Shown in pieces: positions 19,798 through 26,789 of a stretch of DNA of 64,000 bases; the first letter of the stretch is position 1; every line of letters starts with the position of its first letter. Made by a program: the position numbers and the translations under genes. Source of the stretch: Verrucomicrobiota bacterium (GTDB lineage: Bacteria > Verrucomicrobiota > Verrucomicrobiia > Limisphaerales > JANNEF01); NCBI GenBank assembly GCA_031378375.1, contig JANNEF010000105.1, positions 693 to 64,692 on the forward strand, written 5' to 3'. Under the pieces are notes generated by a model, which had not been told where the DNA came from, ran no database searches, and saw nothing but the letters and a program-made list of their open reading frames with translations.

Positions 19798-19848
19798 AAT
19801 AGAATTCAGGAATTACAGGCGCGCAAAATAACTGCCGGCAGATCAATC

Positions 19849-20646
19849 ATGCGCGGCGAACTCTGGCGGAAAACCCGGGGCGTGCCAATGGCCAACTTGC
19901 GCCTGCATTCCAGGCCGCGACCAAACAATCTTATTTCTCGCCGCGCGGCGGGGATGTGCGACGTTGGGCGTGTTCCCGTGAGCCACCGCCGCAACATCGC
20001 GCTATTCCTATTGCCAGCCATGATCCTGGCCGCTTTCGCCTGCTGTCTGCTCGCACCGCTGGAGCCGGTTCATCAGGGCCGCCGGCTCGCCGCCTGGTTG
20101 CAGGATTTCGACAGCGCCTCGCCGCAACGACGCGACCGCGCGGCGGAGGCCGTTCGGCAAATGGGCGCGGCCGTCGTGCCGTCACTGGTCGAAATCCTCC
20201 GCCAACGCGACTCCGGCTTCAAAGTCGCACTTGGCAAATGGATGAACGCGGTCGTCCCGGTCCAACTCTATTTCAGGCCGGCGGGGGAACGGCACCGGCA
20301 GGCGATCCAGGCGTGCCGGGCGCTGGGCCCGGCGGGGCGTCCGGCCATCCCGGAGTTGATCGCGCTGCTCAACGATGCCGAATCTTCCAGCGCAGCCGCG
20401 CACGCGCTGGCGGTGATTGATCTGCGCATCTTCCCGCTGTCCCGCGCGCTGACCGACGGGAACTACGCGGCCCCGGTGCGGCGGAGCATCGCGCTGCGGC
20501 TGGCCTGCGGCTGGTATAACCCGCAGCAGGTGGTGCCCGCGCTGGTGCAAGGGCTTCAGGACGCCGACAGCGGCGTCAGCGTGGCCGCCGCAGAATCGTT
20601 GAAGCGGATCGATCCGGCGGCGGCGGCCCGGTTGGGGCTGAAGTAA
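19849..20646 (+). CDS. HEAT-repeat protein with N-terminal membrane anchor or signal
   Basis: 265 aa. It carries repeated HEAT/PBS-lyase-type helices (AVVPSLVEILRQRD, AIPELIALLNDAES, VVPALVQGLQDADSGVSVAAAESL). The start codon is uncertain. Confidence 0.65.
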   Translation: MRGELWRKTRGVPMANLRLHSRPRPNNLISRRAAGMCDVGRVPVSHRRNIALFLLPAMILAAFACCLLAPLEPVHQGRRLAAWLQDFDSASPQRRDRAAEAVRQMGAAVVPSLVEILRQRDSGFKVALGKWMNAVVPVQLYFRPAGERHRQAIQACRALGPAGRPAIPELIALLNDAESSSAAAHALAVIDLRIFPLSRALTDGNYAAPVRRSIALRLACGWYNPQQVVPALVQGLQDADSGVSVAAAESLKRIDPAAAARLGLK

Positions 20647-20738
20647 GGCGCGACCATTTCATGCGGTCGCCGGTTGACGGAGAAACCGAACGCATTTTCT
20701 GGTTTTTAAGGTGGGAACCGTTACTATTCGCGCGACAA

Positions 20739-21728
20739 ATGAATACTGGAATCACTGCCATCAACGACGAAGTCCAAAAGGCCAGCGCCTTCGTGCGCCC
20801 GCTGTTTGCCGAGATCGGCAAGGTCGTCATCGGCCAGAGCTATCTGGTCGAACGCCTCGCCATCGGCCTGCTCGCCGGCGGGCATGTGCTGCTCGAAGGT
20901 GTGCCCGGTCTGGCGAAAACGCTCTCGGTGAAAACGCTCGCCGCGTGCCTCAACGTAAAGTTTTCCCGCCTGCAATTCACGCCCGACATGCTGCCCGCCG
21001 ATGTCATCGGCACGCAGATTTACAACCCGCAGAGCGGCGGCTTCACCACGCGCAAAGGCCCGATCTTCGCCAACCTCGTCCTCGCCGACGAAATCAACCG
21101 CGCGCCCGCCAAGGTGCAAAGCGCGTTGCTCGAAGCGATGCAGGAGAAACAGGTGACCATCGGCGACCAGACCTACAAGCTGGAGGAACCGTTCCTCGTG
21201 CTCGCCACGCAAAACCCCATCGAGCAGGAAGGCACCTACCCGCTGCCCGAAGCGCAGGTTGACCGCTTCATGCTCAAGTTGAAGATCGGCTATCCCAGCC
21301 GCGACGAGGAGCGGCAAATCCTCGACCTGATGGCGCGCACCAGCAACCTGCCCACCGCCAGTTCGGTGGTGGAACCGAAACAGATTTTGAAGGCGCGCCA
21401 GGTCATCAACGACATCTACGTGGACGACAAGGTGAAGGATTACATCGTGGACCTCGTCTGCGCCACGCGCGACCCGGCGCAATACAAAATCCAGCTCCAG
21501 GGTCTCATCCAGCTCGGCGCGTCACCGCGCGCGACCATCAACCTCACGCTGGCGGCCAAGGCGTATGCCTTCCTCAAGGGCCGCGGCTACGTCACGCCGC
21601 AGGACGTGAAGAGCATCGGCATGGATGTGCTGCGCCACCGCGTCGCCATCACCTACGAAGCCGAGGCGGAAGACAAGACGAGCGAGACGATTGTGCAGAA
21701 GATTTTTGATGAGTTGCCGGTGCCGTGA
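20739..21728 (+). CDS. moxR: MoxR-family AAA+ ATPase
   Basis: Track ORF trimmed to the ATG at 20739 (MNTGITAINDEV). Has Walker A LLEGVPGLAKT, Walker B VLADEINRA and LATQNPIEQEGTYPLPEAQVDRF. Confidence 0.93.
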   Translation: MNTGITAINDEVQKASAFVRPLFAEIGKVVIGQSYLVERLAIGLLAGGHVLLEGVPGLAKTLSVKTLAACLNVKFSRLQFTPDMLPADVIGTQIYNPQSGGFTTRKGPIFANLVLADEINRAPAKVQSALLEAMQEKQVTIGDQTYKLEEPFLVLATQNPIEQEGTYPLPEAQVDRFMLKLKIGYPSRDEERQILDLMARTSNLPTASSVVEPKQILKARQVINDIYVDDKVKDYIVDLVCATRDPAQYKIQLQGLIQLGASPRATINLTLAAKAYAFLKGRGYVTPQDVKSIGMDVLRHRVAITYEAEAEDKTSETIVQKIFDELPVP

Positions 21729-21867
21729 TTAACGCTCTCCGATGGCAACTCTCACCAATTTCAGCATCCATGACGAACCGAGTTCCGGCCAGAGGATCTG
21801 CGCATGCACTCTCGAACGTCCTCGAGGCACCCTCGACACCGAGCGACACACGAGGTAAAACCAGTCC

Positions 21868-22143
21868 ATGAGCAAGACACTCACTTTGCAGTATCCAGAC
21901 AACCTGCCCGCCACGCTGCACATGACCGCTCCGGAATTCGAGCGCGAAGCCAAACTGTCCATGGCAGTGAAACTTTACGAAACCGGCAAACTCTCCTCCA
22001 GCCAGGCGGCCGCGCTGGTGAGCCTGCCGCGCGTTCACTTCCTCTACGAACTGGCCCGGTTTGGCGTCTCGCCACAGCAGTTGGACGCCGGAGAACTTGC
22101 GACCGACCTCGCCCATGCCGAACAAGCCCTCGCTGGTCATTAA
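21868..22143 (+). CDS. UPF0175-family antitoxin
   Basis: 91 aa. The pattern L.YPD.LP..L.M...EF.REAK...AVKLYE.GKLS..QAA.L matches UPF0175. It overlaps the downstream PIN-like gene. Confidence 0.75.
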   Translation: MSKTLTLQYPDNLPATLHMTAPEFEREAKLSMAVKLYETGKLSSSQAAALVSLPRVHFLYELARFGVSPQQLDAGELATDLAHAEQALAGH

Positions 22144-22612
22144 CACCAGCCCGCTCGTCGCACTGATGACTGGCTTGGATGATTTCCATGTCCTCGGCGA
22201 AGTGGCGACACTGGTGGTGCCGGGAGAAGTCATGGCCGAGCTTCAGGCCGGAAAGGCGCGCGATGATGTTGCCAAGAGAATCGCGTCCACCCCCAGCTGT
22301 GCGATTCGTGCGAACCTTCCGTCCCTGCCGCTGTCCCTCCAGAGCGCGCTGGGCGCGGGCGAGGCCGCGGTCATTCATACGGCCCTGACGGAATCCATTT
22401 CCACAGTCGTCATTGATGAACGCAATGGGCGCCGCACGGCTGCGCTCCCCGGTCTACGTGTAACTGGCTCGCTCGGCCTGCTGCTCGCGTTGCAAAGGCG
22501 CGGCTTGGTGACGTCAATCCGGCCGGCGATCGCGCGGATGAAAGCGAAGGGCATTCATCTCAGCGACGACTTGGTGAACGAGGCGCTACAATTGGAAGGA
22601 GGCAAGCGATGA
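22115..22612 (+). CDS. DUF3368-family PIN-like toxin
   Basis: Track ORF trimmed to the ATG at 22115 (MPNKPSLVINTSPLVALMTGL). The NTSPL..L, VPGEVMAEL and GEAAVI segments fit DUF3368/PIN-like proteins, which are normally paired with UPF0175. Confidence 0.75.
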   Translation: MPNKPSLVINTSPLVALMTGLDDFHVLGEVATLVVPGEVMAELQAGKARDDVAKRIASTPSCAIRANLPSLPLSLQSALGAGEAAVIHTALTESISTVVIDERNGRRTAALPGLRVTGSLGLLLALQRRGLVTSIRPAIARMKAKGIHLSDDLVNEALQLEGGKR

Positions 22613-22636
22613 ACAGAAACCCATCACGCTTCACCT

Positions 22637-22722
22637 GCCGCGGCGGCATCACCTGCGCGGCGGAGGACAAGACGAGCGAGACCATCGTGCGGAAGATTCT
22701 TGATGGGTTGCCGGTGCCGTGA
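22637..22722 (+). pseudogene. Duplicated 3' end of moxR (remnant)
   Basis: 22659-22722 aligns with moxR 21665-21728 at 58/64 identical nt (hand count), including the stop. It translates as ...ITCAAEDKTSETIVRKILDGLPVP*, versus moxR ...ITYEAEAEDKTSETIVQKIFDELPVP*. Confidence 0.85.
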
Positions 22723-23435
22723 TCAGAGTCGCCACATCCACCGTGAGAATCGCCCTGGTAGGAGACCACAGTCCCGATGTGAAGGCCCACGCGGCCATTC
22801 CCAAAGCTTTGACCCTGGCTGCCGGAACTGTTGGCACGGAGGTTTCAGTCGAATGGCTCCCAACGCAGGCGCTGCTTGGCAATGACCTCAAAAGACTGGG
22901 CGGTTTCCAAGGTATCTGGTGCGTGCCCGGCAGCCCATACGTGAGCATGGAGGGAGCGCTCCGGGCGGTTCGATTCGCCCGCGAGCGCATGGTTCCATTC
23001 CTCGGCACTTGTGGTGGGTTCCAGCACACACTAATCGAGTATGGCCGGAGCGTGCTCGCTTTGACCGAGGCCGACCATGCCGAGTCCAACCCTTCCGCAA
23101 GTTTCGCCCTGATCGCTCCCCTGTCCTGCCCTCTCAGAGAAACCGTCGCGCGCATCCATCTCCGTCCAGGCTCACGCGCAGAAGTCATTTATGGTCAGCC
23201 AGAGACAATCGAGACGTTCAACTGCGGCTACGGGCTTAACCCGGAGCACCAAACGCTCTTCTCAAATGGCGCCTTGCGCATCAGCGGCGTGGCGGACGAC
23301 GGATCGGTACGCATTGTGGAGTTGCAGGATCATGCTTTCTTCCTGGCTGCTTTGTTCCAACCCGAACGATCGGCAGAGCGCAACCATTCACATCCGCCGA
23401 TCGTGGCATTTGCTCGCGCCGCACTCGCCGCATGA
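22719..23435 (+). CDS. Class I glutamine amidotransferase-like protein (CTP synthase C-terminal-domain homolog)
   Basis: 238 aa. VRIALVGD, FLGTCGGFQ (nucleophile elbow) and HAFFLAALFQPERSAERNHSHPPIVAFARAA align with the CTP synthase GATase domain (E. coli ...[31 protein letters not shown]). The GTG start overlaps the remnant moxR stop (GTGA), and the stop overlaps the remnant DUF58 start (ATGA). Confidence 0.75.
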   Translation: MIRVATSTVRIALVGDHSPDVKAHAAIPKALTLAAGTVGTEVSVEWLPTQALLGNDLKRLGGFQGIWCVPGSPYVSMEGALRAVRFARERMVPFLGTCGGFQHTLIEYGRSVLALTEADHAESNPSASFALIAPLSCPLRETVARIHLRPGSRAEVIYGQPETIETFNCGYGLNPEHQTLFSNGALRISGVADDGSVRIVELQDHAFFLAALFQPERSAERNHSHPPIVAFARAALAA

Positions 23436-23490
23436 TCCTCCGCGAAATTCTCAAAAAACTCCGGCAGATCGAGATTTGCTCGAACCGTGT
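23432..23490 (+). pseudogene. Duplicated 5' end of the DUF58 gene (remnant)
   Basis: 23432-23487 aligns with the true DUF58 start 24076-24131 at 51/56 identical nt (hand count): MILREILKKLRQIEICSNR versus MIPREILKKIRQIEIRTNR. Similarity ends after ~19 codons. Confidence 0.85.
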
Positions 23491-23506
23491 TCTGCCGGTG
23501 TTCCGT

Positions 23507-23806
23507 TCAATTCAACCGTCGCCGCAACTCGGCGGGATTCCGTGCACCGTGAAAAAACGCGACCACATGGACCGCATTCAACTCAATCGAGTAATAAATG
23601 CTGTAGGGAAATCGTTTGAGAATGGCTTTATGCGTGGCAGGCGCGGCGAGACGAAACCTTTCGGGAACCGTAATAATCTGCTGAAGCATTTCCTGCACTT
23701 CGAGGGTGAATTCATCGCTCAATCCCGGGCGCTGGTTTTCATACCACGCCGCAGCGTCCTCAAACTCCAGCCGGGCGAGCGGCGCGAAAATGATTTCGCG
23801 CCTCAT
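23507..23806 (-). CDS. RelE/ParE-family type II toxin
   Basis: 99 aa. FAPLARLEFEDAAAWYENQRPGL, FPYSIYYSIE and VHVVAFFHGARNP are typical of ParE/RelE plasmid-stabilisation toxins. The start overlaps the antitoxin stop (ATGA). Confidence 0.8.
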   Translation of the reverse strand: MRREIIFAPLARLEFEDAAAWYENQRPGLSDEFTLEVQEMLQQIITVPERFRLAAPATHKAILKRFPYSIYYSIELNAVHVVAFFHGARNPAELRRRLN

Positions 23807-24036
23807 GCCTTGCGGCTTTTCAAACGTTCAGCGAGTTCGGCTTGCACGGTTTCCCAAGGAATGCCGCGTTCAGGATGCTGCCGCAATTCTTCCGCGCGAC
23901 GTTCAAGTTCGGTGATCTGTTCCAGCGTGAGTTCGTCATCGAAATCGCCGAACTCTTCGCGGACTTTTTCGGCGACTTCTTGTTGTTCCCCGGGCGGCAA
24001 CCGGCGGATTTGTTCCAGAATTTCTGTCGCGCTCAT
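23803..24036 (-). CDS. Addiction-module antitoxin (TIGR02574-like component)
   Basis: This is the last 77 codons of the spurious 610-aa track ORF 23803..25635: MSATEILEQIRRLPPGEQQEVAEKV...GIPWETVQAELAERL. The pattern fits the small 'addiction module component' antitoxins found upstream of ParE/RelE genes. Confidence 0.7.
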   Translation of the reverse strand: MSATEILEQIRRLPPGEQQEVAEKVREEFGDFDDELTLEQITELERRAEELRQHPERGIPWETVQAELAERLKSRKA

Positions 24037-24075
24037 GGAACCAAATTTAGCGGTCACGATACATTTTGCAAGCGC

Positions 24076-25026
24076 ATGATCCCCCGCGAAATCCTCAAAA
24101 AAATCCGGCAGATCGAGATTCGCACGAACCGGCTCGTGAGCGAGACGCTTGCGGGCCAGTACCACAGCGTCTTCAAAGGCCAGGGCATGAACTTCGAGGA
24201 AGTGCGCGAATACCAGCCGGGCGACGAGGTGCGCGCCATTGATTGGAACGTCACCGCGCGCATGAACCATCCGTTCGTGAAAAAGTTCGTCGAAGAGCGC
24301 GAGCTGACGCTCATGCTGCTCGTGGACCTGAGCGGCTCCGGCCTGTTCGGCTCTGGCGAGCAGAGCAAGCGCGAACTGGCGGCGGAAATCGCGTCGGTGC
24401 TCGCCTTCTCCGCCATCCGCAACAATGACAAGGTGGGCTTGATTCTGTTCACCGATGAGGTGGAGAAGTTCATGCCGCCGCGCAAGGGCAAGAAACACGT
24501 CTTGCGGGTCATCCGGGAAATTCTTTTCTCCGAGCCGAAGCGGCGCGGCACGGACTTGAACTGCGCGCTGGAATTCCTGGTGCGCGTCACGCCCCATCGC
24601 GCCATCGCGGTGATTCTGTCGGATTTTCTGGAGCCGGGCACCGCCAGTCCGATCTCCCGCCTTCGTCCCGGCGCGACGGGTGAGACGAAGAACCTCGCCC
24701 AGGCCTCCTACACCGCACTGCGCCAGGCCAATCGCCGGCACGATGTCGTCGCGGTGCAAATCGCCGACCGCTTCGAGCAGGAACTGCCCGCGCTGGGCCG
24801 CCTCGTGCTCAAGGACGCGGAAACGGGCGAAGTGGTGGAAGTGAACTCCAGCGACACGCGCAAGCGCGACGCCTTCGCGCGGCAGCAGGCGGTGGCGCAG
24901 GAGGAGTTGATGCGCCTGTTCCGCTCCGCGCGCATTGACGCAATCCAGTTGCGCACCGACCAGCCGTACGGCTCGGAGCTGGGGCGGTTCTTCGAGACAC
25001 GGGAGAAACGGCGGATGCGTGGTTAA
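24076..25026 (+). CDS. DUF58 domain protein (Bat operon member)
   Basis: Track ORF trimmed to the ATG at 24076 (MIPREILKKIRQIEIRTNRLV). GQYHSVFKGQGMNFEEVREYQPGDEVRAIDWNVTAR and LLVDLSGS are DUF58 hallmarks. Confidence 0.9.
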   Translation: MIPREILKKIRQIEIRTNRLVSETLAGQYHSVFKGQGMNFEEVREYQPGDEVRAIDWNVTARMNHPFVKKFVEERELTLMLLVDLSGSGLFGSGEQSKRELAAEIASVLAFSAIRNNDKVGLILFTDEVEKFMPPRKGKKHVLRVIREILFSEPKRRGTDLNCALEFLVRVTPHRAIAVILSDFLEPGTASPISRLRPGATGETKNLAQASYTALRQANRRHDVVAVQIADRFEQELPALGRLVLKDAETGEVVEVNSSDTRKRDAFARQQAVAQEELMRLFRSARIDAIQLRTDQPYGSELGRFFETREKRRMRG

Positions 25027-25038
25027 ATGAGTTGCTGA

Positions 25039-25659
25039 ATGGCCGCCACCAACCACGCTCTCATCGTCCCGCCGCCGTCGCCCGCCGCCGTCGCGGCGAC
25101 GAACAACATTCGCGCCATCAAACCGCCGGTGGAGATTCCCAACGACTGGGCGTGGCTGTGGTGGACGCTTGCGGCCGTCGCACTCATCGCGGCGGGGGTA
25201 TGGCTGTGGATTTGGTGGAAGCGAAAACATGCCCGCCCCGTCGCGGTCGTGGTTGTGCCGCCGCACATGCGCGCGAAGCAAAAACTGGCGGAGGCGCTGG
25301 CGCTCATTCACGATCCCCGCCTGTTCTGCATCGCGGTGTCGGACGCGCTGCGCTGGTATCTGGAGGAACGGTTCCGGCTCCACGCGCCGGAGCGGACAAC
25401 TGACGAGTTCCTCGTGGAGTTGCAATCCTCCAACGCGCTGCTGGCTGGTCAAAAGAGTGGACTGGGTGAATTCCTCCAAAACTGCGACCTGGTGAAGTTC
25501 GCCCGCTTTGAGCCGACGGAAGCCGCGCTGCGCGAGTTGCACGAGGCCGCGCTGCGACTGGTGGACGAAACGCAATACGAGCCTCCCGCTCCCGCGTCCG
25601 TCGGCAACGTGCCGCCACCCGATGCTGTCACGCACGACGCACCCCGCGCCACCCCCTGA
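25039..25659 (+). CDS. DUF4381 domain membrane protein
   Basis: 206 aa. It has IRAIKPPVEIP, a single TM segment (WLWWTLAAVALIAAGVWLWIWW) and CDLVKFARFEP. It occupies the usual position between DUF58 and BatA. Confidence 0.8.
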   Translation: MAATNHALIVPPPSPAAVAATNNIRAIKPPVEIPNDWAWLWWTLAAVALIAAGVWLWIWWKRKHARPVAVVVVPPHMRAKQKLAEALALIHDPRLFCIAVSDALRWYLEERFRLHAPERTTDEFLVELQSSNALLAGQKSGLGEFLQNCDLVKFARFEPTEAALRELHEAALRLVDETQYEPPAPASVGNVPPPDAVTHDAPRATP

Positions 25660-25660
25660 G

Positions 25661-26656
25661 ATGACCTTCGCGCATCCCTATTTTTTGTTGCTGTTGTTGC
25701 TGCTTCCGGTGATCGCGTGGCTGCGGGGCAAGCACGGCCCGCGGGCGGCGTTTCTTTATTCATCCGTGCAGTTGGTGCAGGATGTCTCCCACGTCAGCCG
25801 TTCGAGCGCGGGCCGGGTTTTGACGGCCCTGCGCTGGCTGACGCTGGCGTTGTTCATCGTGGGGCTGGCGCGGCCGCAACTGGTCGAGAGCGAGACCACC
25901 GTCAACGCCAGCGGCATTGACATCGTGCTGGCGGTTGATCTTTCCGGCAGCATGGAATCGGAAGACTTCACGCTCAAAAACCAACGCGTGAACCGCCTCG
26001 TGATCGCCAAGGATGTGTTGAAGAAATTCATCGAACGCCGCCCGGGCGATCGCATCGGGCTGGTGGCATTTGCCGGCAAGGCGTACATCGCCGCCCCGAT
26101 GACGCTCGACCACGGCTTCCTGCAACAAAACCTGGAGCGCCTCGCCCTGCACTCCATTGAGGACGGCACCGCCATTGGTTCCGGCCTGTCGGCTTCAATC
26201 AACCGGCTGCGCGATCTGAAATCCAAGAGCAAGATCGTCATCCTGATGACCGACGGACAGAACAACGCGGGCAAAGTCCCGCCGCTCACCGCCGCCGAGG
26301 CTGCGCAGACTCTGGGCGTGAAGGCTTACACCATCGGCGTCGGCACGCGCGGCACCGCGCCCATGCCGCGCATGAATGTCTTCGGCCAGAAAGTCTATGT
26401 GCAGGTGCCGGTGGACATTGACGAGGAGACGCTCCAGGCCATCGCGAAAAAAACCGGCGGCAAGTATTATCGCGCCGACAGCACGGACACCTTGCGCAAG
26501 ATTTACGACGAGATCGATCAACTGGAAAAGACCGAGGTCGAAGTGAAGAAGTATGTGCGCATCGAAGAACTGTTTTTCTGGGCGGTGGCGCCGGGGCTGG
26601 GGCTGCTGCTGCTGGAGATTTTGTTGAACAACACAATTTGGCGGAGGCTGCCGTGA
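25661..26656 (+). CDS. batA: VWA-domain membrane protein BatA
   Basis: Track ORF trimmed to the ATG at 25661 (MTFAHPYFLLLLLLLPVIAW). It has a VWA MIDAS motif (DIVLAVDLSGSM, ILMTDGQNN) and a C-terminal TM segment. Confidence 0.88.
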   Translation: MTFAHPYFLLLLLLLPVIAWLRGKHGPRAAFLYSSVQLVQDVSHVSRSSAGRVLTALRWLTLALFIVGLARPQLVESETTVNASGIDIVLAVDLSGSMESEDFTLKNQRVNRLVIAKDVLKKFIERRPGDRIGLVAFAGKAYIAAPMTLDHGFLQQNLERLALHSIEDGTAIGSGLSASINRLRDLKSKSKIVILMTDGQNNAGKVPPLTAAEAAQTLGVKAYTIGVGTRGTAPMPRMNVFGQKVYVQVPVDIDEETLQAIAKKTGGKYYRADSTDTLRKIYDEIDQLEKTEVEVKKYVRIEELFFWAVAPGLGLLLLEILLNNTIWRRLP

Positions 26657-26660
26657 GGGG

Positions 26661-26786
26661 AATAGTAATCAGTGGGTCAATAATCAGTGAATCAGTCACT
26701 GAGAAGCGAGGTTCACCGTCCCGCATAGCTGCGATCGCCATTGATCACTGGTTCACTGATTACTGACCTACTGACCCACTGACAAC
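26661..26786. repeat. CAGT-word palindromic element (batA-batB intergenic copy)
   Basis: The left arm is AGTAATCAGTGGGTCAATAATCAGTGAATCAGTCACTGAG. The right arm is TTGATCACTGGTTCACTGATTACTGACCTACTGACCCACTGAC, e.g. TCAGTGGGTCA pairs with TGACCCACTGA. The spacer is ~37 nt. Confidence 0.85.
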
Positions 26787-26789
26787 GCC

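Noticed and set aside
21729-24075. Mobile-element genes (integrase, transposase, recombinase) that could explain the moxR/DUF58 junction insertions
   Set aside because: All ORFs in the interval are accounted for: two TA pairs, the amidotransferase-like gene and the two gene-end remnants. No recombinase-like motif is visible, so no mobile_element feature was called.
24037-25635. Upstream ~530 codons of the 610-aa minus-strand ORF 23803..25635
   Set aside because: It is antisense to the DUF58 and DUF4381 genes and has Arg/Gly/His-rich composition. Only the last 77 codons (23803-24036) form a plausible gene, the antitoxin.
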